Shown: piece by piece, positions 38,261 to 48,634 of the stretch
Numbering within the stretch: the stretch's first letter is position 1
Layout of the letters: every line of letters begins with the position of its first letter
Assembly: GCF_006345805.1 (NCBI RefSeq)
Contig: NW_021832232.1
Span: forward strand, 488,229-552,228
Reading direction: 5' to 3'
DNA from: Octopus sinensis
Taxonomy: Eukaryota
DNA length: 64,000 nucleotides
The notes under the pieces: generated by a model
Database searches by the model: none
Told to the model about the DNA's origin: nothing
What the model saw: only the letters and a program-made list of their open reading frames with translations
Program-made: the position numbers and the translations under genes

Positions 38261-39231
38261 TTGTCCTGACAAAAAATGTCGCCAGGGGACAAGTTTTAAT
38301 GATTTTTTTCCAGTGAGAATTAGGTGCCCAAAAAAATTAATAAACTTACTCAATTTTAAAAACTGATTCTTACAGTTTATTAATTTTTTTACTACTTCTT
38401 TAATCTTTGTCTTTTATTTTGCATACGAACGTACAGAATTTCTTCATTCTTCCTGCTTTCTGTGCTTTCTAAGACTTTTTCTATAACTTGTTGTGTTAAA
38501 ACTGTCAGATTATAAAAAACAAGTTTTATCAAAATTAAAAATTAGCACATCTGCATATTGACACCTTTAGTAACGATAATTATCCAGTCCACTTTTTGCT
38601 TTGGGTACCCCTTGGCATCAAAATAATTTTTCCCTTACCTTTTATCGATTTTGAAAAATTAAGGAAAAAGATTATTCAATTAATGAAAGAGATGATGTTG
38701 TTTATCAGCTACTAATCGTTATATTCATGGATGCTTTAATGACAGACACACCCGAATATCATTCTCAACATTTATTCTCGCACTATGGAATAACTTTAAA
38801 TAGAAAAATAGAAAATACTTTGTTCGGAGAAATATTTTGGTGGAAATAAAAGCAAAAAATCAATTATATAATCAATTATGATATTTTGATATCATTTTTC
38901 ATCAAAATTCAATTAATAATGGATATTCAATTAAGTTTTTGTGTGAATTTATTTATTCAACAAATTCTTCTCAAATACAATCATAAAATCATAAAATTTT
39001 GCGTGAAAAGGATTGATAAATAACTTAAGATCTAATTCATTAATTTCAGGTATATATTTTTCAATTATTTTCTCCAATCCAAATAAATAAGAAGTTATAT
39101 GATTTTTTAATTTTCAATTTTATTTAATTTTAGATGGCAGATGTTATCATTCAATTTGTCAAACATAGTAAAATTAGAATTTTGTGTATTATTCGTCACA
39201 TTCTAGAGCTACGAGATGCCAGGGCTGCGAG

Positions 39232-39330
39232 CAGGGTTGTTGGATTTAAATCATTTGATTTTAATCAATCAACAAAAAGTCAATGATTTATATCATTAAA
39301 AATCAAAAAAAATCATTTAAAATTGTTTAA
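39232..39330 (+). mobile_element. Possible hAT-type transposon end
   Basis: CAGGGTTG followed by repeated GATTT(A/T)AATCA motifs. No partner end found. Confidence 0.35.
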
Positions 39331-39609
39331 ATTGATTAAATGTATGGTAGAAAACGTGATTCCTTATGGGTTCACTTCGATGAACATATTTTTCTCTTTT
39401 GAAAAAAGAATATGAGTCAGTTTATGAATGGGTCTCTCGTCTCTTTCTCATTTAAAATCCACCGCTAAGCTTTAGGACGCTTTTAAACGTTTACGGTCTC
39501 GAATTAATTCCTGTTTAATGTCGCACGATGTTAGCGCGGCTGTTTGTCTCCTGTCATCTTCCGATTCTGTTTGTACAATCACAACCGATGTTGCTTGGAT
39601 TCTCAAGGA

Positions 39610-40220
39610 AAAGCATCCTATTGAAAGACCAATAACCTTTGATATGGCGTATTCCTCCTGTTTTCAGACCTCACCCCTGCCGTTGTGGGGCTAAAGTTGA
39701 CGTCTTTGGGCTACATTCTCTGTCTTGTCGAATGAGTGCCGACCGATTTTCTCGGCACAATGAAATTAACAATCTAATTCACACAGCTCTGGAAAGAGCT
39801 GGTTTCCCTTCAGTTCTGGAACCGACGGGTCTTGTCCCTGAAGATGCAAAACGTCCAGACGGCTGTACGGTTTTCGCTTTTGAATCCGGGAAGTAGCTTG
39901 TTTGAGACGTCACCTGTCCGACTCTTTCGCCAAGGGAGCCTTGAATTCCACTGCTTGTCGACCCGGTTCGTCGGCCGAGAAGGCCAAATTCACGATACTG
40001 ACGAAATACGAGGATTTACGCAATCAATTTTGCTTTTGGGCAATTGCCGTCGAGACTTCCTGTGTTTTTGGGGCCAAGACGCTTGCTCATATTAAGAAAC
40101 TTGGCCGTCTGTGCACCCATCGCTCCAGAGATCCCAGGAAATTTATATTCTCTATTCAAAGGATCTTATGGCTGTTTTAGGCGGGAATTGTCTCTCAATT
40201 CTGCGAGCCGGTACTTAATA
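39610..40220 (+). mobile_element. 5'-truncated CRE-family copy (zinc knuckle + REL)
   Basis: HPCRCGAKVDVFGLHSLSC..FSRHNEIN..LEPTGL..DAKRPDG..AVETS..QRI. Confidence 0.9.
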
Positions 40221-40891
40221 GCTAGATTTTTTTAATTGCATTTTAATAAAAAAATAATGAAAATAAAACTATATAAATAAAAACATTATTTTTAAAAAGT
40301 CGTAATTTTTAATTTTCTTTTTTCGTACCGATGAATTAAAAACGTGAATTCACAAAAAATGTCTTTAAATAAGATAGCATTAGACCCCAATAAGTATTTA
40401 CTAGCATTGATAAATATATATGTTCGCGAGGAAAATATTGCCAAATTATTTCAGCAATTAACTTTAGTTTAAAAAATATTTTCACTTAAAAATTAAAGAC
40501 AAGTTATTTATGGTGATTAAAATAGAAAGTAAGCATCAAAATTAAATAACATTCGAGAGTTGTAGTAATTTATTTTTGTGCACGTCCATAACATTTGCTA
40601 TCTTTTGCTGGCGACAGGAGATCTTTGTCATGCTTCAAATCTTGATTAACAACGTAATATTAAAAAATAATTCATAAATAGCTATAATATGTTATTGATC
40701 ATACTGTAACATGAATAAAAACCAGTGCCTAGAAACATAGAAAATAATAGTGTTAATCGACCTTTTAATATAGATCAAAAATCGTTGTTATTTTATAATA
40801 CTAAAAAAATGTCAATGTTATTCCTGAATTCTATAAAAAACTAAAATAAATGTTAAAAAAATTATGAAATTTAATGTTGGAGATTATTTTG

Positions 40892-41869
40892 TTAATTCGA
40901 AATAGTATGAACCTTGCAAATATTGCAAGATTTGTACATTAATGTTAGTAACTTAACAACAAGTTCAATCGCAGCAAAAACTGCCAGCCCAGTAGAATAG
41001 CGACCGATAAAATCATTATAGAACAACGTCGATGCAAGTGTATGCTTGTAAGTAAGTGTCAGCATTACAGCAATGATTAGCAAAATTGGTGTATAAATAT
41101 ATTTTGTGTAATTCAACGCAATAATGACGTCGATAAAAAAATACAGGAGAATAATTCCAGCCAACAGACTAAGTCCCATTAAACAAAATTGAAAGTTTGT
41201 TAAAATTGGAATCGAATAAACAAGCAACAAACCCAACAGTAAATGAAACGCAAAACATATCCAGGCTATAGCCAGGGACAATCCATTGAGTATAAAATAA
41301 ATGAAAAAACGCTCCAATTTATTCATATCTTGAGAACTTATTTCAGTTCGATAAAGTAGTACTCCAAGCCATAAATAACAAAATATAACAGAAAATATTC
41401 CAGCAACAAGCGCGCTATAGATATAAAATTTCCTAAGCAGTAAAAACCACGCTAAATAAAATAAATGACAATAAACTAACCCAGTGAACTCATATTGAAT
41501 ATAAAGAAAGCACTTTGGGCAAGATTGGAGTTAATTTTGAGAATTAATGAACAGAAATTTTTGTTTTTGCATAAAAACGAGATCATGATAAATCCAAGCC
41601 AAATGAACTATTGAAATAATCAAAATTGTTTAACTTGTGAAACATAGGTAGTTAACCATACAGACTGAAAAACAATGCCTGGAGGAGTAATAAAAAGATT
41701 ATTTAAATTAGATACATTAGTTACTGAGTTGATTCCAGAACTACCTATCAAACATTTCGACATTAAAAGAAAAACTTGTTGAAAAAATGTAGCCAGAAGT
41801 AATATTTCCTAGATAAGAGAGCAAACACAGAATAAACAGAAAGATCTGAAACCAATCCACGTTAGTCAT
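40892..41869 (-). CDS. 8-TM TspO-motif membrane protein, copy 3 (intact, 296 aa, 3 introns)
   Basis: Introns of 31, 27 and 29 nt give an open 891-nt CDS: MTNVDWFQIFLFILCLLSY..LFITPPGIVFQSVWLTTY..ILNGLSLAIAW..KYIYTPIL..KSCNICKVHTISN*. Confidence 0.85.
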
Positions 41870-42119
41870 ACTAATATAAATAAATAAATTAGTCAGAATA
41901 TATTTAAAATGTGATGACCGTAAAACTAAGGAAACACGTCATTATTTGAAAATTTGTAAGAAATGTTATATTTAAAGCGTATAGGTTATACTCTTAAATT
42001 GTTAAGTATATATCAGTGTGAAACACAATTCAACTATATTTATCGGTCAATTTTTCGGAAGCATTTAACATTATATGATTTCATAAATGACTTTGAGTAA
42101 AAATTAATAATTTTAATCA

Positions 42120-42330
42120 ATCGCAGAATCAATTTTGTATAACAACACAAGAATTATTTAAATAATTATTGTTAGAAAAGAACGAGTAAATTTTGATTAT
42201 TTTGAATCTTGCAACTATTGCAAGATTTTTAAGTTAATGTTAGTAGTTTAACAGCAAGTTCAGTGTAAATAAACTTGGCGCACTTTAACACAATACGTCA
42301 ACGAAATTCGATAATAATTTCAGTTGTTAG
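42120..42330 (-). pseudogene. Relic of another 8-TM paralog (3' end, internally deleted)
   Basis: tattgcaagattt..aatgttagtagtttaacagcaagttc matches the copy 3' end; the flank resembles 43085-43200. Confidence 0.55.
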
Positions 42331-42439
42331 ACTTAGTGTCATAATGTAAAAATCAAAGTTTATAAAAATGTGTTTGATGTAAATGGCCTGTGCATCCACT
42401 CGGCGACTAATTTAAATTAGCAAACAGTTCTTTCATGTT

Positions 42440-42690
42440 CTTTTTGTTTAAAAAAAATTCAGTAAAAACAAATTGAATGTGATGAAAGCACAAAAATTCA
42501 ACAAATAGAACTTTGGCAAATGAGCTGGGAGCGAAAATAAAAATCGTCTCTGTCGTTATGACCAATGATCGAATTGTGTCAAAATTCTTCAAGAACTAGG
42601 TGGAAGCGCTCGGAGTGAAAAACAGAATAAAGGCATATATACAGACACTGGTGTTGCGCAAAATTTTAGAAAGCTTCAAATGGAGATAAA
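42440..42690 (+). mobile_element. REL non-LTR family 'B' 3' stub
   Basis: LANELGAKIKIVSVVMTNDRIVSKFFKN*..LGV..KAYIQTLVLRKILES; same C-terminal motif as 4424-4560. Confidence 0.7.
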
Positions 42691-42999
42691 ACACGGATTA
42701 TCAATGCTTGTTGAAAAAGTAGGACCTGAATCTAGACTTCGCGTTGACACGGATCTGCCTATCCATGCACTGAACGTTGGCGCTAAGAGGGTGAGGTCGA
42801 TGTAACAAAATACTACGAATTAAGAAAACGGAAACTAAATAACTAATCCTAGAAAATGCAAACATTTGTCTAGACTTGTTAATTCGTTAAGAGAAAACAC
42901 GTGATATTTAGAAAAATTCCGCGAATCGTAAATCGATTTCTTCAAAAGTATTTAATCTAAAACCACCAATATTATCTATAAAGAATAATCTAAAACCAT

Positions 43000-43058
43000 T
43001 AATCTTATTTCTACATGCTAGAGAAACCGGAGTAACTAACTAACTAATCTTATTTCTA
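43000..43058 (+). mobile_element. 31-bp LINE-like stub with (TAAC)3 tail and 14-bp TSD
   Basis: taatcttatttcta|catgctagagaaaccggagtaactaactaac|taatcttatttcta. Confidence 0.65.
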
Positions 43059-43171
43059 AATATTATTGACTTTAAATTAATACTTTTAATCGATACCAGA
43101 ATCAACTTTTTCTTTACTTAACAAAAAAATTATTTAAGAAAAATTATTGTTAGAAACGAAAAAAGTGAACC

Positions 43172-44144
43172 CTAAATACTGCTGACCTCGCGAATATTGC
43201 AAGACTTGTACATTAATGTCATTAGTTTGAAAAACAATTCAATTCCAGCAAAAACTGCAAGTCCAAGAGTATAACGTCCAATCAAATCATTTGCCAACCA
43301 CGGTAATGTAAATTTCCTCTTGTAAGTAATTATTAGCATTACACAGATGAATAAAAGAATTGGTGTATAAATATACTTCGTATAATTTAACGCTGTATAA
43401 ACATCAATGAAAAAATACAGAAGAATAATTCCAGCCAAAAGACCAAGTGCCATTAAACAAAATTGAAAGTTTGTTAGAATTGGGACAGAATAAACAAGCA
43501 ACAACCCCAACGTTAAATGAAACGCAAAACATATCCAGGCAATAATGAAAGACAAACCATTGAGTATAAAATAAATGAAAAAACGCTCCACTTTATTCAT
43601 ATCAGGAGAGCTTATCTCACTTCGATAAAATAGCACTCCAAGCCAAAGATAACAAAATATGACAGAAAATGCTCCAACGACAACAGCGCTATAAATGTAA
43701 AATTTCCTAAGGCACAAAAACCAAGCTAAATAAAATAAATGGCAATAAACTAACCCAGTGAACCCAAATTAAATATGAAGAAAGCACTTTGAGCAAGATT
43801 GGAGTTAATTGTGAGAATTATTGAACAGAAATTCTTTTGTTTGCAACAAAGTGAGATCATAATAAATCCAAGCCAAATTAACTAGTAAAAATTATCCAAA
43901 AGATTTAACTTGTGAAATGTATGTGGTTCCCCATACAAATTGAAAAACAAAGCCAGGAGGGGTAATGAAAAGATCGTTTTGACCAGAAACATTACTTATT
44001 GGGTCGATTCCAGAATTACCTTTCGGAAAATTCAATAAAAAAAATAAAACTTATCGATAGGATGTATCCAGAAACAATATTTCCTACGTAAGAAAGCAAA
44101 CACAGAATAAACAGGAAAATCTGAATCCATTCTTCGTTATCCAT
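43172..44144 (-). CDS. 8-TM TspO-motif membrane protein, copy 4 (intact, 294 aa, 3 introns)
   Basis: Introns of 31, 28 and 29 nt give an 885-nt CDS: MDNEEWIQIFLFILCLLSY..SNVSGQNDLFITPPGFVFQFVWGTTYISQ..ILNGLSFIIAW..KYIYTPIL..*. Confidence 0.85.
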
Positions 44145-46266
44145 CTAATCTGAATAAATAAATTAGTCAAAATGTATTCCAACTATGACAACCGTCAAAT
44201 CTATCTATTATTGATATTTATTCCCAGACGATAAGACATTAAAACATATATTTATTTCCAGAAAATCAAAACTATTTTTTATTTATAAAAAGTAAATATA
44301 TTATTAATAAATGTTGACTAATACAGAGTTTGATGCCTACAATAAGCTTTTATTCGACTCACGAAAGCTTGCTGCTTTGGAAAGATTTATCTATCGATTC
44401 AAAATAAACAAATATTAATAACACTTTCCATCGTGCTGACTGGGGACATTTCTCCCGTCACGATATTTTTAATTTGCCAGCTTTGTAAAACTGCAGACTT
44501 TTAGTGCAATTTGGAATTGTCATTCCATCTTATCCTCTGCTGCTAATTAAATACTAAATAATTAATTTGAACATTTGGTAGTTTTCTTAAAAATAGAAAC
44601 AGGCTGTACAAAAATAACGTCCCATAGAAATAGGATAATGTCAAAAGTAATGCTTTGACTATGAATTGTTAATTAGTCAATTTAATTAATTAATTTCAAA
44701 TTTTATAAAAAATACACCAAAACATCCTGGACTGTCAATTCTGATATTTCAATTGTAATTTCATTGATTTTATAGCCTTATCTTTTTGAGGTTAATATTT
44801 TTGAAGCATATTGGCACAAAAAATAAATATCATTTTTAATAGAAATCTTCTTTTTCACGCAATTTCGTGTAAAGTAGACTATCGGCTTTTCGTTTCAAGC
44901 AATTCTGCCACTTTTTCAGACAATTTCGTGCATAAGAAGATTATCGGTTTATTGTTTCAAGCAAATTCGCTACTTTTCCAAGCAATTCCGTCACTTTTTC
45001 AAGCAATTTCGCCATTTTTTTATATTTATTTTAAAAATAAATTTACCTTTTTTTATGTCAATTAAATATATTTACATTTTTTGTCATGAGTAGAAACAAA
45101 ATTAACAATGATACTAGAAGATTGCTAATAACTCACTCAAATTCAGGACTAAGCAAGGAAATCTCAAAAATACTTAAACTTCCAAGGAGTACAATAGTTT
45201 CAATAGTTAAAACATTTCATAATGAGGAAAGAATATTTAAAAAACCAACAGGTGGAAATAGATCATCAAAGCTGAATGAAAATCAAAAAAATCAAAATAG
45301 AAAATGGGTCGATTGTCACCCTACGATAACATTACGTGACTTACAAAATAAATTTTTTTCAGAACAAAATTTAGCCATCAACAAAAGCACTGTCCATCAA
45401 TGTTTAAAACAGTTTCGCTACACACTTAAAAAAACTGATGTATTAGAAATTGATTAAACTTAATGATTCTTTTGTCTCATTAATTTTGCTCTTTTTTTCG
45501 GCTTTCCTTTTTGAATAAATAATAATTCATTCATAGAGCTATAACAAAAATCTATATTAGTAAGAAGAGGATATTTCTAAAAAATAAATGTGACCGGTTC
45601 TGAGCGGACCCGGTTTTTGAAGGACCAGGTGCGTATTTAAAATAAAAAATGGATAAAATAATTATTTTCATTAGAAAATAAAATTGGTTTTATTTTTTAT
45701 TATATTATTGTAATAATTAATTAATTAAATTCAACATAAAAAATGGGTTTCGTTGTACTTCCAAAAGCAAATCTTCAAAAAATTAAAAAAATCAAGATTT
45801 GAAGGATCTAGATGAAGTGATTGAAAAAAGAGAAAAGCATAGATTTATAATTCACGCAAAAAAATTTGAATTCTCTGACGGAAAGGGATTTATTCGAAAA
45901 AACAATTGCTTACTCAGATTTTTTTGTATAGAAGAGAAAGAACTAAAGCTAACAATGATTGAGGTTATCTATAAATCTCCTTATGTTTAGAAGGCACATA
46001 ATTCTAATCATTTTGGCAGAGATAGAATGATTAGTCAGCTGTCAGGATAAATTTACGGTGTTGCTTGAAATGAGATTGAAAATGTTACTAAAAACTGTGT
46101 TTTTTGTCAGGTATAATAATTAAAATAAGGCGATTAGCTAATACCAACAATAGAAGGCTTCCCTTATTTGATAATGTCGATACAACAAAATATAAAATTA
46201 TCGAAGAAAATAATTACAACTATTCTTTAGAAGATGAAAATGGAAACGTCCATAAAAATATTAATA

Positions 46267-47018
46267 TGTCGCGACCCACGCTGGCGACATCCCACGCTGG
46301 CGACCAGAGCGACCTTCATTGTTGACAAGATTGACAGGTGGAATTTATTCACCACTTCTTCAATTAAATTTCAAGTCTTACCAGAAGCAGTTTATTTTTT
46401 AAAGATTTGCAGACAACAAATTTGCTGTAGATGTCAATAATTGTCAGTATCCAATTAGATCCATCGTTAAAATCTTTATATCTTCTAACAACAATAAGAT
46501 CCGCCTGGAATCTTTCATTGGGTTTTCCTGCAGTTACATGGTAATTAGAATCCGACCTAGGTATTTTTTTTAAATACTTTCAATGGTAGGGCAAATTTAC
46601 AAATTTCGCAGTCTTTTATAATTTGTTCGATGATTGACGTTTTACAGTGAAATAGAATTCACTGCACTTTTTCTGAAGCTTTCGTATTCCCCATTGGGAT
46701 TCTGGTTAATGGCGAATGCTAGTGTCCTCATCTCCATTTCATTGTCCAGACAAATGACCAATTTGTGTTTTTGGTTATTCTCGTTTTTAGATAAAGACTA
46801 TGAGTTAGGAGTCGCAAATATACCGATCATTAATAATGATTAATTGAGTCGCTTTTTTCATGCTAACATCTTTTGAGAGAAACCAATTTTTTTTGTAAAA
46901 TGAAAAACCATTTCTTAAAATGAATTTTTTCGGTTTGAATCACCTGTCAAACTGAAGGTCATAACCTGTCAAACTGATGGTCGCCAGCGTGGGATGGTCG
47001 CCAGCGTGGGTCGCGACA
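46267..47018 (-). mobile_element. Ginger2/TDD-type element B (deletion derivative) nested in element A, 5-bp TSD TAATA
   Basis: TAATA|TGTCGCGACCCACGCTGGCGAC ... GTCGCCAGCGTGGGTCGCGACA|TAATA. Minus strand IIEQIIKDCEIC and PNERFQADL..WILTIIDIYSKF (rve core). Confidence 0.85.
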
Positions 47019-47077
47019 TAATATTTCTAGAATAAAAAGTTCACTAAATTTTAAAATTCTCTAAGTGAAGAGATACC

Positions 47078-47358
47078 GCGGCCGTAGGCCGCATAGGGGA
47101 CTAGTTGAATTTTATATCAAACCTTGTGGTTAGAATAGTTTTTATTGACAGTTATTTTAAGATTTGATTTTTAAAATATTTAGGTTTAAAATCATTAAAT
47201 AAAAATATAATGTTTTTTTAATATTTTACACAAAAATCAAATAAAATTACTTATTTAAAATTTAAAAGCACTTTTGAAGGGTATGTTGGTTTTGTGAGCA
47301 ATGATAAAATCAGAAACAGCTTCCTTCGCTCGCTCGGCCGACGGATTTCAAGGACTAG
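47078..47358 (+). mobile_element. Two Helitron-like 3' ends
   Basis: GCGGCC-GTA-GGCCGC hairpin then ..CTAG|T (47101-47104). A second GC-rich CGCTCGCTCGGCCGACGG then ..GGACTAG|T (47355-47358). Confidence 0.5.
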
Positions 47359-48059
47359 TCACGATCCAAGAGAGTATTCTTGGCTCCGGAACGTCTGTCG
47401 TTTGCTGTGATCCGAGGGAACGGCTTCGCCATTCGCGAGGCTGGCCGGTTGTCTCGTGACGCCAGTAATTAGCTTAGCTATCTTTTCACGTCCTTATGTT
47501 GTTAAAAAAAAAAAAAGTTTTAGAATTATTTAAACATGGTCTAATTTATTGTATAACTATTTTCAGGATAAAATAAAACGATTTATACAATTTTTTGTGT
47601 GGTCCTTCCAAAAACCGGGTCCGCTCTAAAACCGGTGACAATAAATTTTTAAGAATTTGGCGAAATTGCTTGAAAAAGTGACGGAATTGCTTGGAAAAGT
47701 AGCGAATTTGCTTGAAACAATAAACCGATAATCTTCTTATGCACGAAATTGCTTGAAAAAGTAACAGAATTGCTTTAAACAAAAAGGCGATAATCTACTT
47801 TACACGAAATTGCGTGAAAAAGTGGCGAAATTGCTTGCAAAAGTAGCGAAAAAGTGTGGAAAACCCTATATATTATAAAACAATTCTCGTTAATTGTTAT
47901 CACTGAATTTATAACAATTAATCATTAATACAGTATTAAAAAGGCATGATTAAGATTTATGTAAAAAACAATAAAAAACTTAATCCGAATTTATATCTCT
48001 TATGACAGAAATAACAATTAAATACAACAAAACTGATATTTTTGTTTACGAAAAAAAAG

Positions 48060-48300
48060 GAAATAACTTTAATCGAGGTAGACATCACATCACAAGAAAT
48101 TTCACAACTTTAATCTATTGGCAAATGAACTTTCGATACTTTATGAAGCACTATTCTGGTGGTTTTGACCTGGGATAAAGTTGTCTCGAAATGCTTTAAA
48201 ATTATGTACTAGATAAAATTACCATTGAAAAAGCAACAAGAACTTTTATCCAATCTGTTATACTGAAAAGAACTCGCGAAAGTATTTTAATTGAACACAA
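48060..48300 (+). mobile_element. REL non-LTR family 'B' 3' stub
   Basis: TLIEVDITSQE..VLTWDKVVSK..TFIQSVILKRTRESI. Confidence 0.65.
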
Positions 48301-48634
48301 GTATGCAACACACTAACACTAGAAAACTTTTTGTAGAACTTGTGATAATCATTGGAGGCGTATTCTAGCAATGATAGCGATCACAAATTGCTCGAATAAA
48401 ATGTAATCGACTAAATAAAAAAATAGAAAAACTGTCAAAAAAGTTATTTAAAAATCTATGGTATAGAAAATAACGACGCATTATACGACGGAGTTGTATA
48501 ATGGAAATCTACCTAAGAACTAATTTCTACAATTAATGCGATGGAAGATAATCTTAGACAGCTCATCATTAGATATTGGTAGTATCTGCTAAATGAAATA
48601 AATTATCAAATTAAAAAATATCATGTCTGAATAT

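Larger units (their letters stand above)
45589..47640 (+). mobile_element. Ginger2/TDD-type element A, about 40-bp TIRs, 5-bp TSD ATAAA
   Basis: ATAAA|TGTGACCGGTTCTGAGCGGACCCGGTTTTTGAAGGACCA ... TGGTCCTTCCAAAAACCGGGTCCGCTCTAAAACCGGTGACA|ATAAA. Decayed integrase H2C2 (HNSNHFGRDRM..CVF.C) at about 45990-46110. Confidence 0.8.
44850..47866 (+). mobile_element. IS630-like (ITm) element with long sub-repetitive TIRs; hosts nested insertions
   Basis: 44850-45013 and 47658-47822 are inverted copies built of roughly 21-bp cactttttcaagcaatttcgc units. Right end ...GTGGAAAACCC|TA; left terminus lost. ORF 45086-45457 is an IS630-type HTH region (GGNRSSKL..ITLRDLQ..STVHQCLK..YTLKK). Confidence 0.65.

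Noticed and set aside
22905-48590. snRNA-like words (ATACAGAGA at about 22907, GTAGTATCTG at about 48578) and scattered GTTCGA T-loop-like words
   Set aside because: Flanks do not match U6 or U2 and no cloverleaf forms. I can support no tRNA, rRNA or snRNA gene in the window.
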